Positions 13,164 through 25,510 of a stretch of DNA of 64,000 nucleotides are shown piece by piece (position 1 is the first letter of the stretch; every line of letters starts with the position of its first letter). This DNA is from Octopus bimaculoides (taxonomy: Eukaryota), in contig NC_068992.1 of NCBI RefSeq assembly GCF_001194135.2, forward strand, positions 22,754,293 through 22,818,292. Direction: 5' to 3'. Below the pieces are notes generated by a model that was not told the DNA's origin, made no database searches, and worked only from the letters and a program-made list of their open reading frames with translations. The position numbers and the translations under genes are program-made.

Positions 13164-13855
13164 NNNNNNNNNNNNNNNNNNNNNNNNNNNNNNNNNNNNN
13201 NNNNNNNNNNNNNNNNNNNNNNNNNNNNNNNNNNNNNNNNNNNNNNNNNNNNNNNNNNNNNNNNNNNNNNNNNNNNNNNNNNNNNNNNNNNNNNNNNNNN
13301 NNNNNNNNNNNNNNNNNNNNNNNNNNNNNNNNNNNNNNNNNNNNNNNNNNNNNNNNNNNNNNNNNNNNNNNNNNNNNNNNNNNNNNNNNNNNNNNNNNNN
13401 NNNNNNNNNNNNNNNNNNNNNNNNNNNNNNNNNNNNNNNNNNNNNNNNNNNNNNNNNNNNNNNNNNNNNNNNNNNNNNNNNNNNNNNNNNNNNNNNNNNN
13501 NNNNNNNNNNNNNNNNNNNNNNNNNNNNNNNNNNNNNNNNNNNNNNNNNNNNNNNNNNNNNNNNNNNNNNNNNNNNNNNNNNNNNNNNNNNNNNNNNNNN
13601 NNNNNNNNNNNNNNNNNNNNNNNNNNNNNNNNNNNNNNNNNNNNNNNNNNNNNNNNNNNNNNNNNNNNNNNNNNNNNNNNNNNNNNNNNNNNNNNNNNNN
13701 NNNNNNNNNNNNNNNNNNNNNNNNNNNNNNNNNNNNNNNNNNNNNNNNNNNNNNNNNNNNNNNNNNNNNNNNNNNNNNNNNNNNNNNNNNNNNNNNNNNN
13801 NNNNNNNNNNNNNNNNNNNNNNNNNNNNNNNNNNNNNNNNNNNNNNNNNNNNNNN

Positions 13856-14224
13856 TTACATAACTCTACTGCCACGTACATTGGTACAACAATAAACTTT
13901 AAACATCGCTACGCAGCCCACATGCACTCTTTTAGATACGACAAACACAGCAAATCTACAACATTAGCCAATCATATTCATCACCTCAAAAACAAAAATA
14001 CCCAATACACCTTAAAATGGTCCATCTTAAACTCTGGAACTCCATACCAGGGCCAGCGCTCCAATTGCAAGCTTTGCCTAACGGAGTCGTTCCATATTTT
14101 AAAATACAATTCTCCCACTCTACTTTACCGATATAAGGAAGCGTTTAGCAACTTCAACCACCGCTCTTTCCACACATTCGGGTTGTATCACAAGCAAAAT
14201 TGCACAGATGATCACGCAACATAA
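13856..14224 (+). pseudogene. C-terminal GIY-YIG endonuclease of the same Penelope-like element
   Basis: The frame reads ATYIG(13877-13885)TTINFKHRYAAHMHSFRY...TTLANHIHHLK...YTLKWSIL...PYQ...CKLCLTESFHIL...LLYRYKEAFSNFNH. It lies on the same strand as the RT, downstream across a 692-N gap. Confidence 0.88.
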
Positions 14225-16113
14225 TAACACAACCCCCCACAGGCAACCTATTCAACCTAGCAAAAACATCCATCTTTCACAATCTTTTGAATAGGATTAT
14301 TTCCTTTCGATCATCTCACCACACATATACCACCAAATCTATTTCTCCTATTCTCAATTTCACAAGAACACCACCTACATAAACAGACTACATCACCTCT
14401 TTCAATCCCTTTCCACCGTCTATAAATAGGCTTGGCAGCATCCTAAAATATGATACTACTAACTACCTTTCCTACCTATCTCTTTCCTTTATCTCTGTCC
14501 TTGGTTTATCACTCATACCCCCAACACCTATATACTACACACACGCATTCCTTCCTACTCACTAGACCTTTTAACCTCATCCCCCTATTCCTCCTTCACT
14601 CTATATGCTCATCCCCTCTACCCTGTTAAGACCAACTGACCATAAATATATCGCTACCATCCTATGCCTCTATATCTCCTGTATCCCCTTTCACATTCTG
14701 TCTTCTTGACTTGACCTAATTACCGCTCACTTTTCACTTGACTTGGACATTCTTCAAGTAAACAAGTAAAAATCCATCGCAATATGGAATATAAATACCT
14801 CTGCTATCTATGCTATATCAACTTTCGTTCCAACATAAATTTCCGGATTATTCACACAAGGATTACTTTGCGCGGATTTCTACACGGATATTTACCACTG
14901 GAATGAAACTACACTTCAAGTACTGTTCTCTCTTTTTTCAGCACATCACACTCTTTACCACTTCATACTAAAAATATCCGCCTATGGNNNNNNNNNNNNN
15001 NNNNNNNNNNNNNNNNNNNNNNNNNNNNNNNNNNNNNNNNNNNNNNNNNNNNNNNNNNNNNNNNNNNNNNNNNNNNNNNNNNNNNNNNNNNNNNNNNNNN
15101 NNNNNNNNNNNNNNNNNNNNNNNNNNNNNNNNNNNNNNNNNNNNNNNNNNNNNNNNNNNNNNNNNNNNNNNNNNNNNNNNNNNNNNNNNNNNNNNNNNNN
15201 NNNNNNNNNNNNNNNNNNNNNNNNNNNNNNNNNNNNNNNNNTATATATGAGTTCTGTTCTGTTTCTTCCATTAATGTATCTGTCTTCAGTGTACACTTCT
15301 TTACTTTTCTCTCACATGTTATATGCGTGTTTCTATGTTTGGATGCAGATATTTTTGAAGCAGACATATATGTGAATTTGAAAACAAAGTTGATGTTTGT
15401 AATTGTCATACACAAACAAAATCTAGTACCGAAATTGATTTCAACAGTTCATCTTAGCTATTTCGATCGAGAACGATTAATATATCATTAATATCCCTTG
15501 ATAAAAATAGCTCCAATTCAATGTCCTGATTAAAATATGATTGGAATCTCTTGATTACAATTATGATTAAGCTTTCGAAGAGGAAGTGTGTATAAGAAAA
15601 GAAGAGAAGGGGAGAAATTAGATTCAGAATTCGTTGACGAAGTAGCTATACAAATATTGGCGTGGCAGTAGAGTTTCGAACTTCAATTATCTTAAATAAA
15701 ACTGCATCAATTTTTAAAGCGGTAGTAAATTAGAGAATGTGACTAGATTGTATATAATTATTTCACCTATGCTAACGTCAAGCGTTTCCAGAGCAACACA
15801 CATATAGACATGCAAAAGGTCACATAAATATATTCACATACATACAAATACGAAACGCACACATATAAAAACAACTAGAAAATAAAGATGCGTGCTTCGT
15901 CTCTCCTACACATCTGTAGGTGTATTATGCATATATAAGTGGTGCTATGTTTAGGCAAACGTGCTCGCAAAATATTTATCTTTTACTTTTTATGCTGGTA
16001 CACCACCTTCAGGAATTTCAATCGATTTTTCGTTGTAAGGGTGAAAGTTGTTTTATCGGTGTCTTTTTCCAAACTGCTAAATTACGGGGACGTAACACAC
16101 CAAAACCGGTTGT

Positions 16114-16167
<54 letters not shown>

Positions 16168-16249
16168 AATGGGATCTTTGTTTTCTTTCAGGGCTACCCT
16201 AGAGGTCGAACGTGTCCTATCTATCTCACTCTTCTATATTTTCTCTCAT

Positions 16250-16445
16250 CAAAGAAAATTCTCCTCCAGCGTTCGCTATTTTACTTTCGTCTGGTCTAAC
16301 GACCCCCCATGTTTGTTTTCGTTCGGTTTCCTTGTATGTATCCACTGCCCTGCTTTTGTTACCAACTTTAACCCTCCATGAAGACTCATTGTCGTTCAAT
16401 GCTCGAAATGAGGAGGAGATAGGCAGCCGACAACTGATGCAGTTT
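16250..16445 (+). repeat. Unclassified interspersed repeat, family X (other copies 54220-54375 +, 55185-55490 -)
   Basis: Shared blocks ATTGTCGTT(C/G)AATG..CGAAATGAG...AGATAG(G/A)CAGCCGACA(A/G)CTGATG and TTTGTTTTCGTTCGGTT. Confidence 0.75.
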
Positions 16446-16699
16446 GTGTGGTGATAAGGCAGCTTTTCAAAATCAGGAAAGTGCATTGCAAATAATAGCC
16501 CTTGTGTTTATGCCGGACACTTGAATTTTATGCGTAGCTCTCTGCTTATAAATTCAAATTATATAGATCATTTGTTATTACATTTAATTCATTATGTGTT
16601 ATTCATCACGTTCAATATTTTGTCTCATGCCTGGAAGAATTAAGAGACATGTTCTGAAAAATATACGTTTGAGTACTTCTAAATGTACGCGTGTACACG

Positions 16700-16763
<64 letters not shown>

Positions 16764-17612
16764 NNNNNNNNNNNNNNNNNNNNNNNNNNNNNNNNNNNNN
16801 NNNNNNNNNNNNNNNNNNNNNNNNNNNNNNNNNNNNNNNNNNNNNNNNNNNNNNNNNNNNNNNNNNNNNNNNNNNNNNNNNNNNNNNNNNNNNNNNNNNN
16901 NNNNNNNNNNNNNNNNNNNNNNNNNNNNNNNNNNNNNNNNNNNNNNNNNNNNNNNNNNNNNNNNNNNNNNNNNNNNNNNNNNNNNNNNNNNNNNNNNNNN
17001 NNNNNNNNNNNNNNNNNNNNNNNNNNNNNNNNNNNNNNNNNNNNNNNNNNNNNNNNNNNNNNNNNNNNNNNNNNNNNNNNNNNNNNNNNNNNNNNNNNNN
17101 NNNNNNNNNNNNNNNNNNNNNNNNNNNNNNNNNNNNNNNNNNNNNNNNNNNNNNNNNNNNNNNNNNNNNNNNNNNNNNNNNNNNNNNNNNNNNNNNNNNN
17201 NNNNNNNNNNNNNNNNNNNNNNNNNNNNNNNNNNNNNNNNNNNNNNNNNNNNNNNNNNNNNNNNNNNNNNNNNNNNNNNNNNNNNNNNNNNNNNNNNNNN
17301 NNNNNNNNNNNNNNNNNNNNNNNNNNNNNNNNNNNNNNNNNNNNNNNNNNNNNNNNNNNNNNNNNNNNNNNNNNNNNNNNNNNNNNNNNNNNNNNNNNNN
17401 NNNNNNNNNNNNNNNNNNNNNNNNNNNNNNNNNNNNNNNNNNNNNNNNNNNNNNNNNNNNNNNNNNNNNNNNNNNNNNNNNNNNNNNNNNNNNNNNNNNN
17501 NNNNNATATATATATATATATATATATATTCAGGTGAATATGTTACTAATGTTTAGGCACCAGAATTAAGTATGTTATTATTCATACAGTTTCAAAGTAA
17601 GGTGATTAAAGT

Positions 17613-17775
17613 CAATGCTTAGCGGTAGTTCAGTTATCGCTACGTTCTGAGTTCGAATTCCGCCTTTCATCTTTTCGGGATCGATAAATTAAGTACCCGT
17701 TGCATACTGGTGTTGATGTAATCGACTGGTATCCTCACCAAAAATTTCAGGCCTTGAGCCTATAACAGATAGGAT
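17613..17775 (+). mobile_element. SINE family B copy
   Basis: AATGCTTAGCGG...CTACGTTCTGAGTTCGAATTCCGCCTTTCATC...GATAAATTAAGTACC...AAATTTCAGGCCTTGAGCCTATA. Confidence 0.8.
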
Positions 17776-18629
17776 TATGCAGTGCCCCCTTATCTACTCT
17801 TTGTGTCAGTGTCAATACCAAAGTTTGATACAAATCTTGGAAGGGCTTGTATCAAAATTTCGGGTATATATCAGTGCATATGTTTCCCATGCATACACAC
17901 ACATACATACACACATACATACACACACACAAACACGCGCTTTTATCGTTTATGGCAGTTTTGGATAGTAAATCAGAATCTACAGTGACACTTTAATGGT
18001 GACGTGCACTTATATATTACATTTATAAATTTTTATTTTCTGATATTTCGCAGTCTTTCTGGTAGGATACACTTAATGAATATGCATGCACCGGTGTATG
18101 TGTATGCGTGTGTGCTCCGATTTATCACCATTCATTTTTGAAGACATATGTCATATCATATAAAAAATCTGTCTAACTACGAAAACAAAATGAATGTATG
18201 AGGTGTCACCTGATACGAATAGACTTTATAATGTTGCAATTAATTGGATAGCTTTTCCTGTGCACAGTTTATTAACGAATTTGATCAAGAATGATTAAGA
18301 TACGATGCAAATCTCTTGATTAACATTTCCTGATTAAAATATGATTGAAACCTATTGACTAAAATTTCAATTTTCGTTTTTGAATAGATTGATAGGTAGA
18401 CAGAAAATTAGAAAGATAAAGCGAAAGAGAGAAACAGGTTGAGAGATAGAGAGTGCGAGACGGGAAAGAAAATGAGAGAGATTGAGAGTAGAAATTGTTG
18501 AAGATTAGATTCAGTATCGGTTACTGTCCTGTTTTATTACAGTACAAAAGTTACTCTGAAATATATTTAATCTGGGAAAATCTGAATAGTTATCCTTCAT
18601 AAGAGGCAAGAAAGAGGTAGTGACGAAAA

Positions 18630-18800
18630 TGGTTTTAAATCTTGGCACAAGGCCAGCACTTTCGGTGAAACAAGCAAATCGATTACATCGACCCCAGTGC
18701 TCAAATGGTATTTATTTTATCGATTCCGAAGTGGATAAATTGCAAAGTAGACGTAAATTCGAGAGAAACCTCACTAAGCATTTTCTCCGGCTCGGTAAAG
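18630..18800 (-). mobile_element. SINE family B, degraded
   Basis: GGCACAAGGCCAGCA...ATCGATTACATCGACCCCAGTGCTCAAATGGTATTTATTTTATCGA...CTAAGCATTT (reverse of family B). Confidence 0.7.
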
Positions 18801-19189
18801 ATTCTACCAGATCGTCGTCTGAGAGGTAGAGACAATAATAAAGCAGAAATATAACAGTGTATCAGTTCAGAAGCGTGGAAGATTGGACAAGCCGAATACA
18901 ATTATTTAGTCACTATTAACTTCAATCGTCCCTGTACACATATTTACATGGTCACAGCACATATAAAAGACGTGTTTAAAAAGAAGCGCATAGTCATACA
19001 CATGAAAGTCTCCCACAGAACATATTTCTACTTTAGATTCTATTAGGTTTTTTCCAGTGGTTGTGGTGGCGGCGAAAGCTTTTCGGAACCTGTCATACAC
19101 GCAGAAGCACACGCTCATCTATCTGTCTGTCTGTCTGTCTGTATGTATGTCTGTTAATCAAGGATTCAAAAGACCACCAGATCTGGAAG

Positions 19190-19364
19190 AGAAGGTAAAT
19201 TAATTACATCTACCCTAGTGCTCAACTGGTACTTAGTTTATCGACACGGAAAGGGAGATGAAAGACAAAGTCGACTCCAGTGGATTTTGAACTCAGAACA
19301 TTAGGACAGAGGTAATGACGCTTAGCATTTTGCCCGGCGTGTTCATTATTCTGCAAGCTCGCCT

Positions 19365-19368
<4 letters not shown>
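19190..19368 (-). mobile_element. SINE family B copy ending at a (CT)n tract
   Basis: ...CAACTGGTACTTAGTTTATCGAC...GAAAGACAAAGTCGACTCCAGTGGATTTTGAACTCAGAAC...CTTAGCATTTTGCCCGGCGTG...AGCTCGCC. Confidence 0.8.
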
Positions 19369-19461
<93 letters not shown>

Positions 19462-20094
19462 ATATATATATATATATACATACACGCACACGTATATATA
19501 TGGCAAATGAAAGACGGAAGGTGGAATATATACATACATACATGTGTGTGTATACATACATGTGTGTGTGTGTATACACACACACACACACGCACACATA
19601 CATAGAGAGAGAAAGAGAGAGAGAGAGAGAGAGGGGGGAGAGAGACATAGGGAAATATAAATATGGGAGAGTATACACTTACGTATACATGAATATACAG
19701 ACAAGCACGCAGGAACACATGTATATATATGTATGTTGGTAGGTAAAGCGGTGTTATACCAATCCACTCATACAGTCTGAAACGCAAAATAAACACGTAT
19801 ACTTATAGAATATCATTACTATTTTATAATTGATTCAAATTTTTGTTGTACCAATACGTGCATTCTTCCCAAGCTCTGCCACTAAATATTTACAGTATAA
19901 TGTCCACCGGTAGATTAGCACTTAAATTCTCCTTAAATATCTCTTCAACCCAGTAATCTTAAAATAATATGGAAGACTCATAAACTGTGTGTCTAAGTGC
20001 GTATGCCCAAATACAAACATCATACACGCACACGTAAACACACACATATATACGCACACATACTTATTCATACGTATGCTCACTGATATGCATT

Positions 20095-20126
<32 letters not shown>

Positions 20127-20197
20127 CATGTACACACACACATGTATATATATATGGTTATAGGTTATATATATATGCGTACCTCTCTATCTCTCTC

Positions 20198-20273
<76 letters not shown>

Positions 20274-21446
20274 GAGAGAGAGGTGCGCTTAGATATATAA
20301 CTTATAGCTATATATATATATATACATACACAATGTAGATGAATATATATCTATGTATTCATATGTCTCTTTGCGTATACGTATGCACAGATAAGCATTC
20401 ATTCGTACTTATATAAATGTGTGTATTGGTTTGAAATAGATATTTTGAAAGCAATATGTTCGATGTGTTACTATGCCATAATAGTACGCAGTGAGCTAGC
20501 TATATGAAAACAGAGGAATCTATTCTACAAAAGCATATATAATATTTGGTAAGCATCTGTTGTATCTCTAAAGCTTAACTAATAAAATTCTTTTCCATGG
20601 GAATATTTGTGGTTGATAAATTATTATGATATCCTGAAGCACAAGCCATGTTTTAGAGGAAAATAATCGTTTTGCGGAACTGTAGGTAAAGTGATGTGAA
20701 TCATAACACACCATAGAGAGCATCGCGGCAATGATCAGAATTGTAAGATTTGACGCTTAACACACTATACTGAAGTCGCAGCCAACAAAACCAAATGCAT
20801 ATAGTTTAAGATTTACGCATTAAATATCTTTAAAATCCTGTATAGAAGATCATAGCTTATTTCCATATGCATTGGAGCATTTCTGCTTACTTTGATGCTG
20901 TGAATAGGTTCTGATCTTCGGGGAGAGCTTCACGATTATTGATTAGAATGCTGTAATGCTGTAATCCATGGCAACATTTCTCGCCCATTGGCGTAATAGC
21001 TATAATGAAGAAGTTTAGTTCATAAAAGGCACCAGTATCTTACGAGGTACTTATATTTTAGTTGCATGCAGGAAAAAAGTTACGGAGGTGTGTGTGAGTG
21101 TGAGTGTGTGCATTCCACTCCCTCTGTTTGTATCGTGGTATCTCTACATACATGTAGACATGTGTGTGTATACACACACATATATATATACGTATATAAA
21201 GAAATAAAACTTCTTATGTTAGATAAGCAAGATATATATACATATATATATGCGTGTGTGTGTGTGTGTGTGTGTAAACAGGGAGAAAGAAAAGAGAACA
21301 TTTTCAGACGATGTATATTCAAATATAAATACAGAGATATTTATATATTAACAGAGCACATTAGCACAGAGGACAAAGACAGGGAATATCACAGGGAAAA
21401 ATTTACGGTGTTATATATATATATATATATATATATNNNNNNNNNN

Positions 21447-21490
<44 letters not shown>

Positions 21491-21502
21491 TGTGTGTGTG
21501 TG

Positions 21503-21641
21503 TTAAATAAAATGAGATAACTAATTCAAGGCAGTGTGAAATTTCTAGGACATGTATAAAGAGAGAGGCAGTCTACCTTTCTCTTTATGAATGCCCTAGG
21601 AAATTCACACTGCCTTGGCTTTGTTGTCTCATTTTATTTAA
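21503..21641. repeat. Fold-back palindrome (~139 bp), MITE-like
   Basis: The left arm TTAAATAAAATGAGATAACTAATTCAAGGCAGTGTGAAATTTCTAGGACATGTATAAAGAGAGAGG pairs with the right arm, whose reverse complement is TTAAATAAAATGAGACAACAAAGCCAAGGCAGTGTGAATTTCCTAGGGCATTCATAAAGAGAAAGG. The loop is 7 nt. Confidence 0.9.
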
Positions 21642-22054
21642 CATATACATACTCACACACAACCCGCATTAGACTACACACTCATACCATTATCGAACCG
21701 GGAATCTAAATATGGTCCTTCCGCAGCACTTACATAACCTTACCTGCCATTTTTGGTCTTCTGGATGCCAGAACCTCGCATACATAAATATCTATATTTT
21801 TATACTTGAATATTCATCGTCTAAAATTTTTCAGTCTTTGCTTTCTATATATATTTTTTGTATCGAACCGAATCAGTTTTATTTGTTTATTTGCATTATA
21901 TCTCGATAAAACGACCTCTAAGTACGTTAGGCTCCATGATGAACTAAATTTCAGGAAAATGTGGAGTATAAAAAGTTGAAAGGGACTCTGTGGAACAGAA
22001 ACTACATTTAAATTTAAGCGCAAAGTATATGGATTGAGGAATGGATATAATAGG

Positions 22055-22420
22055 TAAAATAATTACATACATTCAGAATAGGACAGCCAAGACTGATCAA
22101 TGAAATAACTTAGAATCAGAAGTTTAGGAGCACCATCAACATACAATAGCCAAAGTTTCTGTCATAGATGAGTTATTTGCGCTGTAAAAGATATACTGGT
22201 TTCAGCATATCAAAAGAGAGAAAAAAAAAGGAGAAAACTTTATTTATGAGACAAATACTTGTAGCTTACGAACAGTAGGCGAATTTAAAATAAACCCCGG
22301 CTGAGAAAGTAAGATCTAAAGCTTGAGGGAATTGAACATTGATATCTACTCCTAGATCAGATTATCTGAGGGCAAATTCGATAAAAGAGAGTGATCCACT
22401 TCTGATAGTATGGCTCTAGA
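22055..22420 (+). pseudogene. Highly decayed RTE-like LINE apurinic endonuclease relic
   Basis: Ordered but degenerate motifs TYIQ..TAKT (cf. IIQVYAPT), EV*EHHQHTIAKVSVIDELF (cf. FYE.LQ.TI.KVPK.DILI), VGEF and ESDPLLI (cf. SDH.LL), with stops and frameshifts. Matched by eye only. Confidence 0.4.
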
Positions 22421-22699
22421 CTACACGTATGAAGAGCTTTCGTCGATATCGATCGGAAAGCCTATGATGATATTAAGAGAAAAAATACCAGCAGAAAATG
22501 AAAATCGAAATGTATAAACAAACAAACGGACAAACAAAAAATGTATTGAGGGAATCAAAGTTGACTTTTGTATTATCGTTCAGTTTAGTTTCCTTTTAAC
22601 TCTGAATTTAAAGATTTATATTGAAATTTTCCAAAATAATGTAATGTTATGCTAACCCTTTGATCTAAGTTTCAGGAAGTATGGCTATACGTTTTTTTT

Positions 22700-24800
22700 T
22701 TTTTTTTCTGGGTGAGAAGATATCAGAAATTAAATAACAAAAGAAACTATAAAAATGCAACACAATTGTTCTTGTATAATTGCTTATTGATTTAAAAGTT
22801 TGATTTTTCAAATCATCTCCTTTCCCACTACACATGCGTACACCCGAAACAATGTAAAATTTCATTTTGGTTTTCTTTTCTAAACCGTTCTTTCATTGTA
22901 ATTGAATCATTAGATTCTGTGATTTATTTCAGTATAAATGTGCCTAGGAGCCAAAAATGTTATTAAAAACATAAAATAAAAGAAATGCATAATATCCATC
23001 TCCCGTTAGTTTTCGCAACCTTTTCCATACAGTGCGTTATATGAGTTTCAATATTTTATTTGCTTGTTTTTGTTAAGATTGTTCAGTGTCTAATTGTATT
23101 AACCAAATTGGAGCACACAGGAACACAATTTATTAGAATTTATCTTCTTTTTTAACAAGACAATTTTTTTTACACTGATATAAATCTTACCGCCAGGAGA
23201 AAGAAAGTGGAAAGAAACCGTTCGACCCGATAAAAGAACAAAAAAAAAAGGCAAAAAAATACAAAACTAGAACAAAAATTTAAATGAATTTATAGCATTA
23301 ACGATGAACCTTCTGCAGGGCATTAGGATATATTTTAAAACATACATATAGTGCAGAAAAGGAAGAAATAGGAATATTCTTTATAACATTGATATATAGT
23401 TTATTATTCATTGAAAATAATAGAAGTGACGACAGTATATAAATCTATGCTATTTTGCTGAATAACAGCATTGTATATTTAGAAAAGCAAACTCTACACG
23501 ATATAATTAATTTTACATATTTTCAATAGGGAATTATTGTGTAGTTAATATTTGCAAATTGTGAATAAAAAAACATAGATGTGTTATTAACTATAAATCA
23601 TTAGTTTTAACCATACATACAAAGACTTGCGAACACAATCATTATAACTAGGTGCATACGTATACGTCTCTTAAATGGATTAATGAGTTACCTTAGACCC
23701 CGCTTCTGTTTTGTTACTTGAACGTGATGCTAGATTATACTAGAAAAGAGTTCAAAATAATAAGAGGCATAATGGATTTTACACTTGTAAAATTACCGCC
23801 GCCGCTAAAAAAATTATAGCTGATGAAGCTTCAAACAACAGCAGCACGAATACCAACACTTGTCTAACATCGACAAATATGTAACGCTGCAAGTGTTGAG
23901 TTCAAAATCTCTCATGGGAAATATTATTTTAGAATGCAAGGACCTATCTGACGTTGGATACGGAGATATAAATTATAATATACAAGATAACGCGCCTCGG
24001 AAATTGTGTAATATAGGGCACTAGACGAGAGAATTAGTAAGGGTTAAGAATACATAGATATATACTAGTATCCAAATTATGCCTATGTAAATTTGTATTT
24101 ATGCTGTTAAGAGTTGGAATATGAATTCCATTTAAAAACAAGGACAATGGACAAATAATGAATTTACTTGTGTATCCGATAACTTATTCTACGTTGTAAC
24201 TTGTTCAGGATGCGGCTGTAACTATATAGGAGAAACGGGAATGTCGCGAAGACGGTCTCCGACATTGCATCAGGAACAAATTTGCTTCCCAAAACATAAA
24301 CAAATGGGACTCAGCAAAAACATAAGTATGCGGCCAATCTCCAAACAAACTTCAAGCTATTCCCTTTAGAGTAATGCATTACTGAACAACAGCGGATAAC
24401 TAAAGGGACTTAATGCTAAGAAAAATATCAACCAAGCCTCAATATTTGCACATAAAAGCTTAAGAAGAGTTTAAAATGACAAAGTAAAAACTGGACAAAC
24501 ATGTTTAAACGATCGAATGTTGAAATGTTCACAGAAATATCAATAAGCCTCACAGAGACAGATATTAATAAATTACAGAATCTTATGATTCAGATACAAT
24601 GTAAGAACGGTTTAAAAAAGAAAACAAAAATGAAATTTTACATTGTTTTCGGTGTACACATTTTAAGTGGAAAAGGAGATGATTTCAAAAAAACACTCTT
24701 TTAAATCAATAAGCAATTATACATGAAAAATTGTGTTGCATTTTTATATTGTTTCAGCTTTCATATCATTTTAATTTTTATATCTTATGTTCATCACCTT
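22700..24800. repeat. Inverted repeat pair, arms ~22700-22935 and ~24565-24800
   Basis: Both arms translate to near-identical MKFYIV(S/F)GV...SGKGDD(L/F)K on opposite strands (ORFs 22665..22865 - and 24501..24704 +). The nucleotide match extends over GAAAACCAAAATGAAATTTTACATTG...AAATCAATAAGCAATTATAC...GTGTTGCATTTTTATA. Confidence 0.88.
24110..24455 (+). pseudogene. Second Penelope-like GIY-YIG endonuclease relic (Neptune/Poseidon-like pattern)
   Basis: EFTCVSDNLFYVVTCSGCGCNYIGETG..RRR..LHQEQI..PKHKQMGLS from 24160, then after frameshifts NFKLFPL..EQQRITK and EKYQPSLN. This fits the PLE endonuclease pattern C.S.NLIY..C..C...YIG.T...R...H...K..P.LN. Confidence 0.8.
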
Positions 24801-25089
24801 AATTTTCATATCATCTTCATATCCTCATAAATGTTCAGTGCAGATCATAAATGTACATTATTGAAATTTCAGTCATACTGAGATTTTATTTTTAAAGATG
24901 GAGAGAAAAGAGAAAACGGAGGAGAGAAAATAAAATTTACAATTTCTGTTGTGATGCGTCTAGTTCTTTCTCAATTTCATTCTCAGTGCACTTGTCTCTT
25001 CACATTCTCAGTTTGTTGGAATTCGAAGTGCTATGAGTCCAAATCATTTAGTATATATCTGTTTTTACGGAAAGAATCCAATTTTTGAG

Positions 25090-25510
25090 TGGTTATAATC
25101 TTGATGAAGTTTTATTGTTTTTCTCGTGGATGTTTTGGTCAAATTGTTTTTGTTTTGGCAAAGTCTAACGTCTTGGTTTGTTGGCTTCCTGGTGACGTCC
25201 ATTCCTTGTTGACCACTGTCAAGGAGCAAGTTCTGATCACTTGTATGTTTCGTGTCCTCACTTTATTTTACAAAAAATATTTTCCGTTTCTTTGGCAAAA
25301 GATCAGCGTTCTGCTTGGTGGACTTCCTTGTTGGGGGACTCGGTAACCTGTTTTTGCCTGATGGTCATCTAACTTTTCAGTTGGTTGGTTCCCCTAAAAA
25401 GTGACTATTTGTTTTGTTCTGTGAGCTCGGTTCTGATTAGAGAAAAAAACCATTGGTTTTGTCAGAGGTGACGACAGCAACTGGCATTTGAGAAGGTGTA
25501 TAGTGTTGTT
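25090..25510 (+). repeat. Unclassified T/G-rich repeat; diverged second copy at ~63130-63485
   Basis: Shared blocks TTTCGTG(T/A)CCTCACTTTATTTT, GCGTTCTGC..GGT.GACTTCC.TGT.GGG, TTTTGCCT(G/A)ATG and (T/G)GTATAGTGTT(G/A)TTGTATA, in the same order. Confidence 0.7.

Noticed and set aside
16375-16445. Hammerhead-like words (TGAAGA...hairpin...GAAA and CTGATGA) in repeat family X
   Set aside because: The CUGANGA-stem II-GAAA order and stems I/III cannot be built in any of the three copies.
18906-19118. ORF with FRKAF resembling GPCR helix 8
   Set aside because: No preceding NPxxY or transmembrane segment; a five-residue match only.
20890-21000. Minus-strand AG...GTAAGC interval of about 108 nt with one apparently open frame
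   Set aside because: Short and without recognisable homology. I could not verify its phase reliably, and it is indistinguishable from chance.
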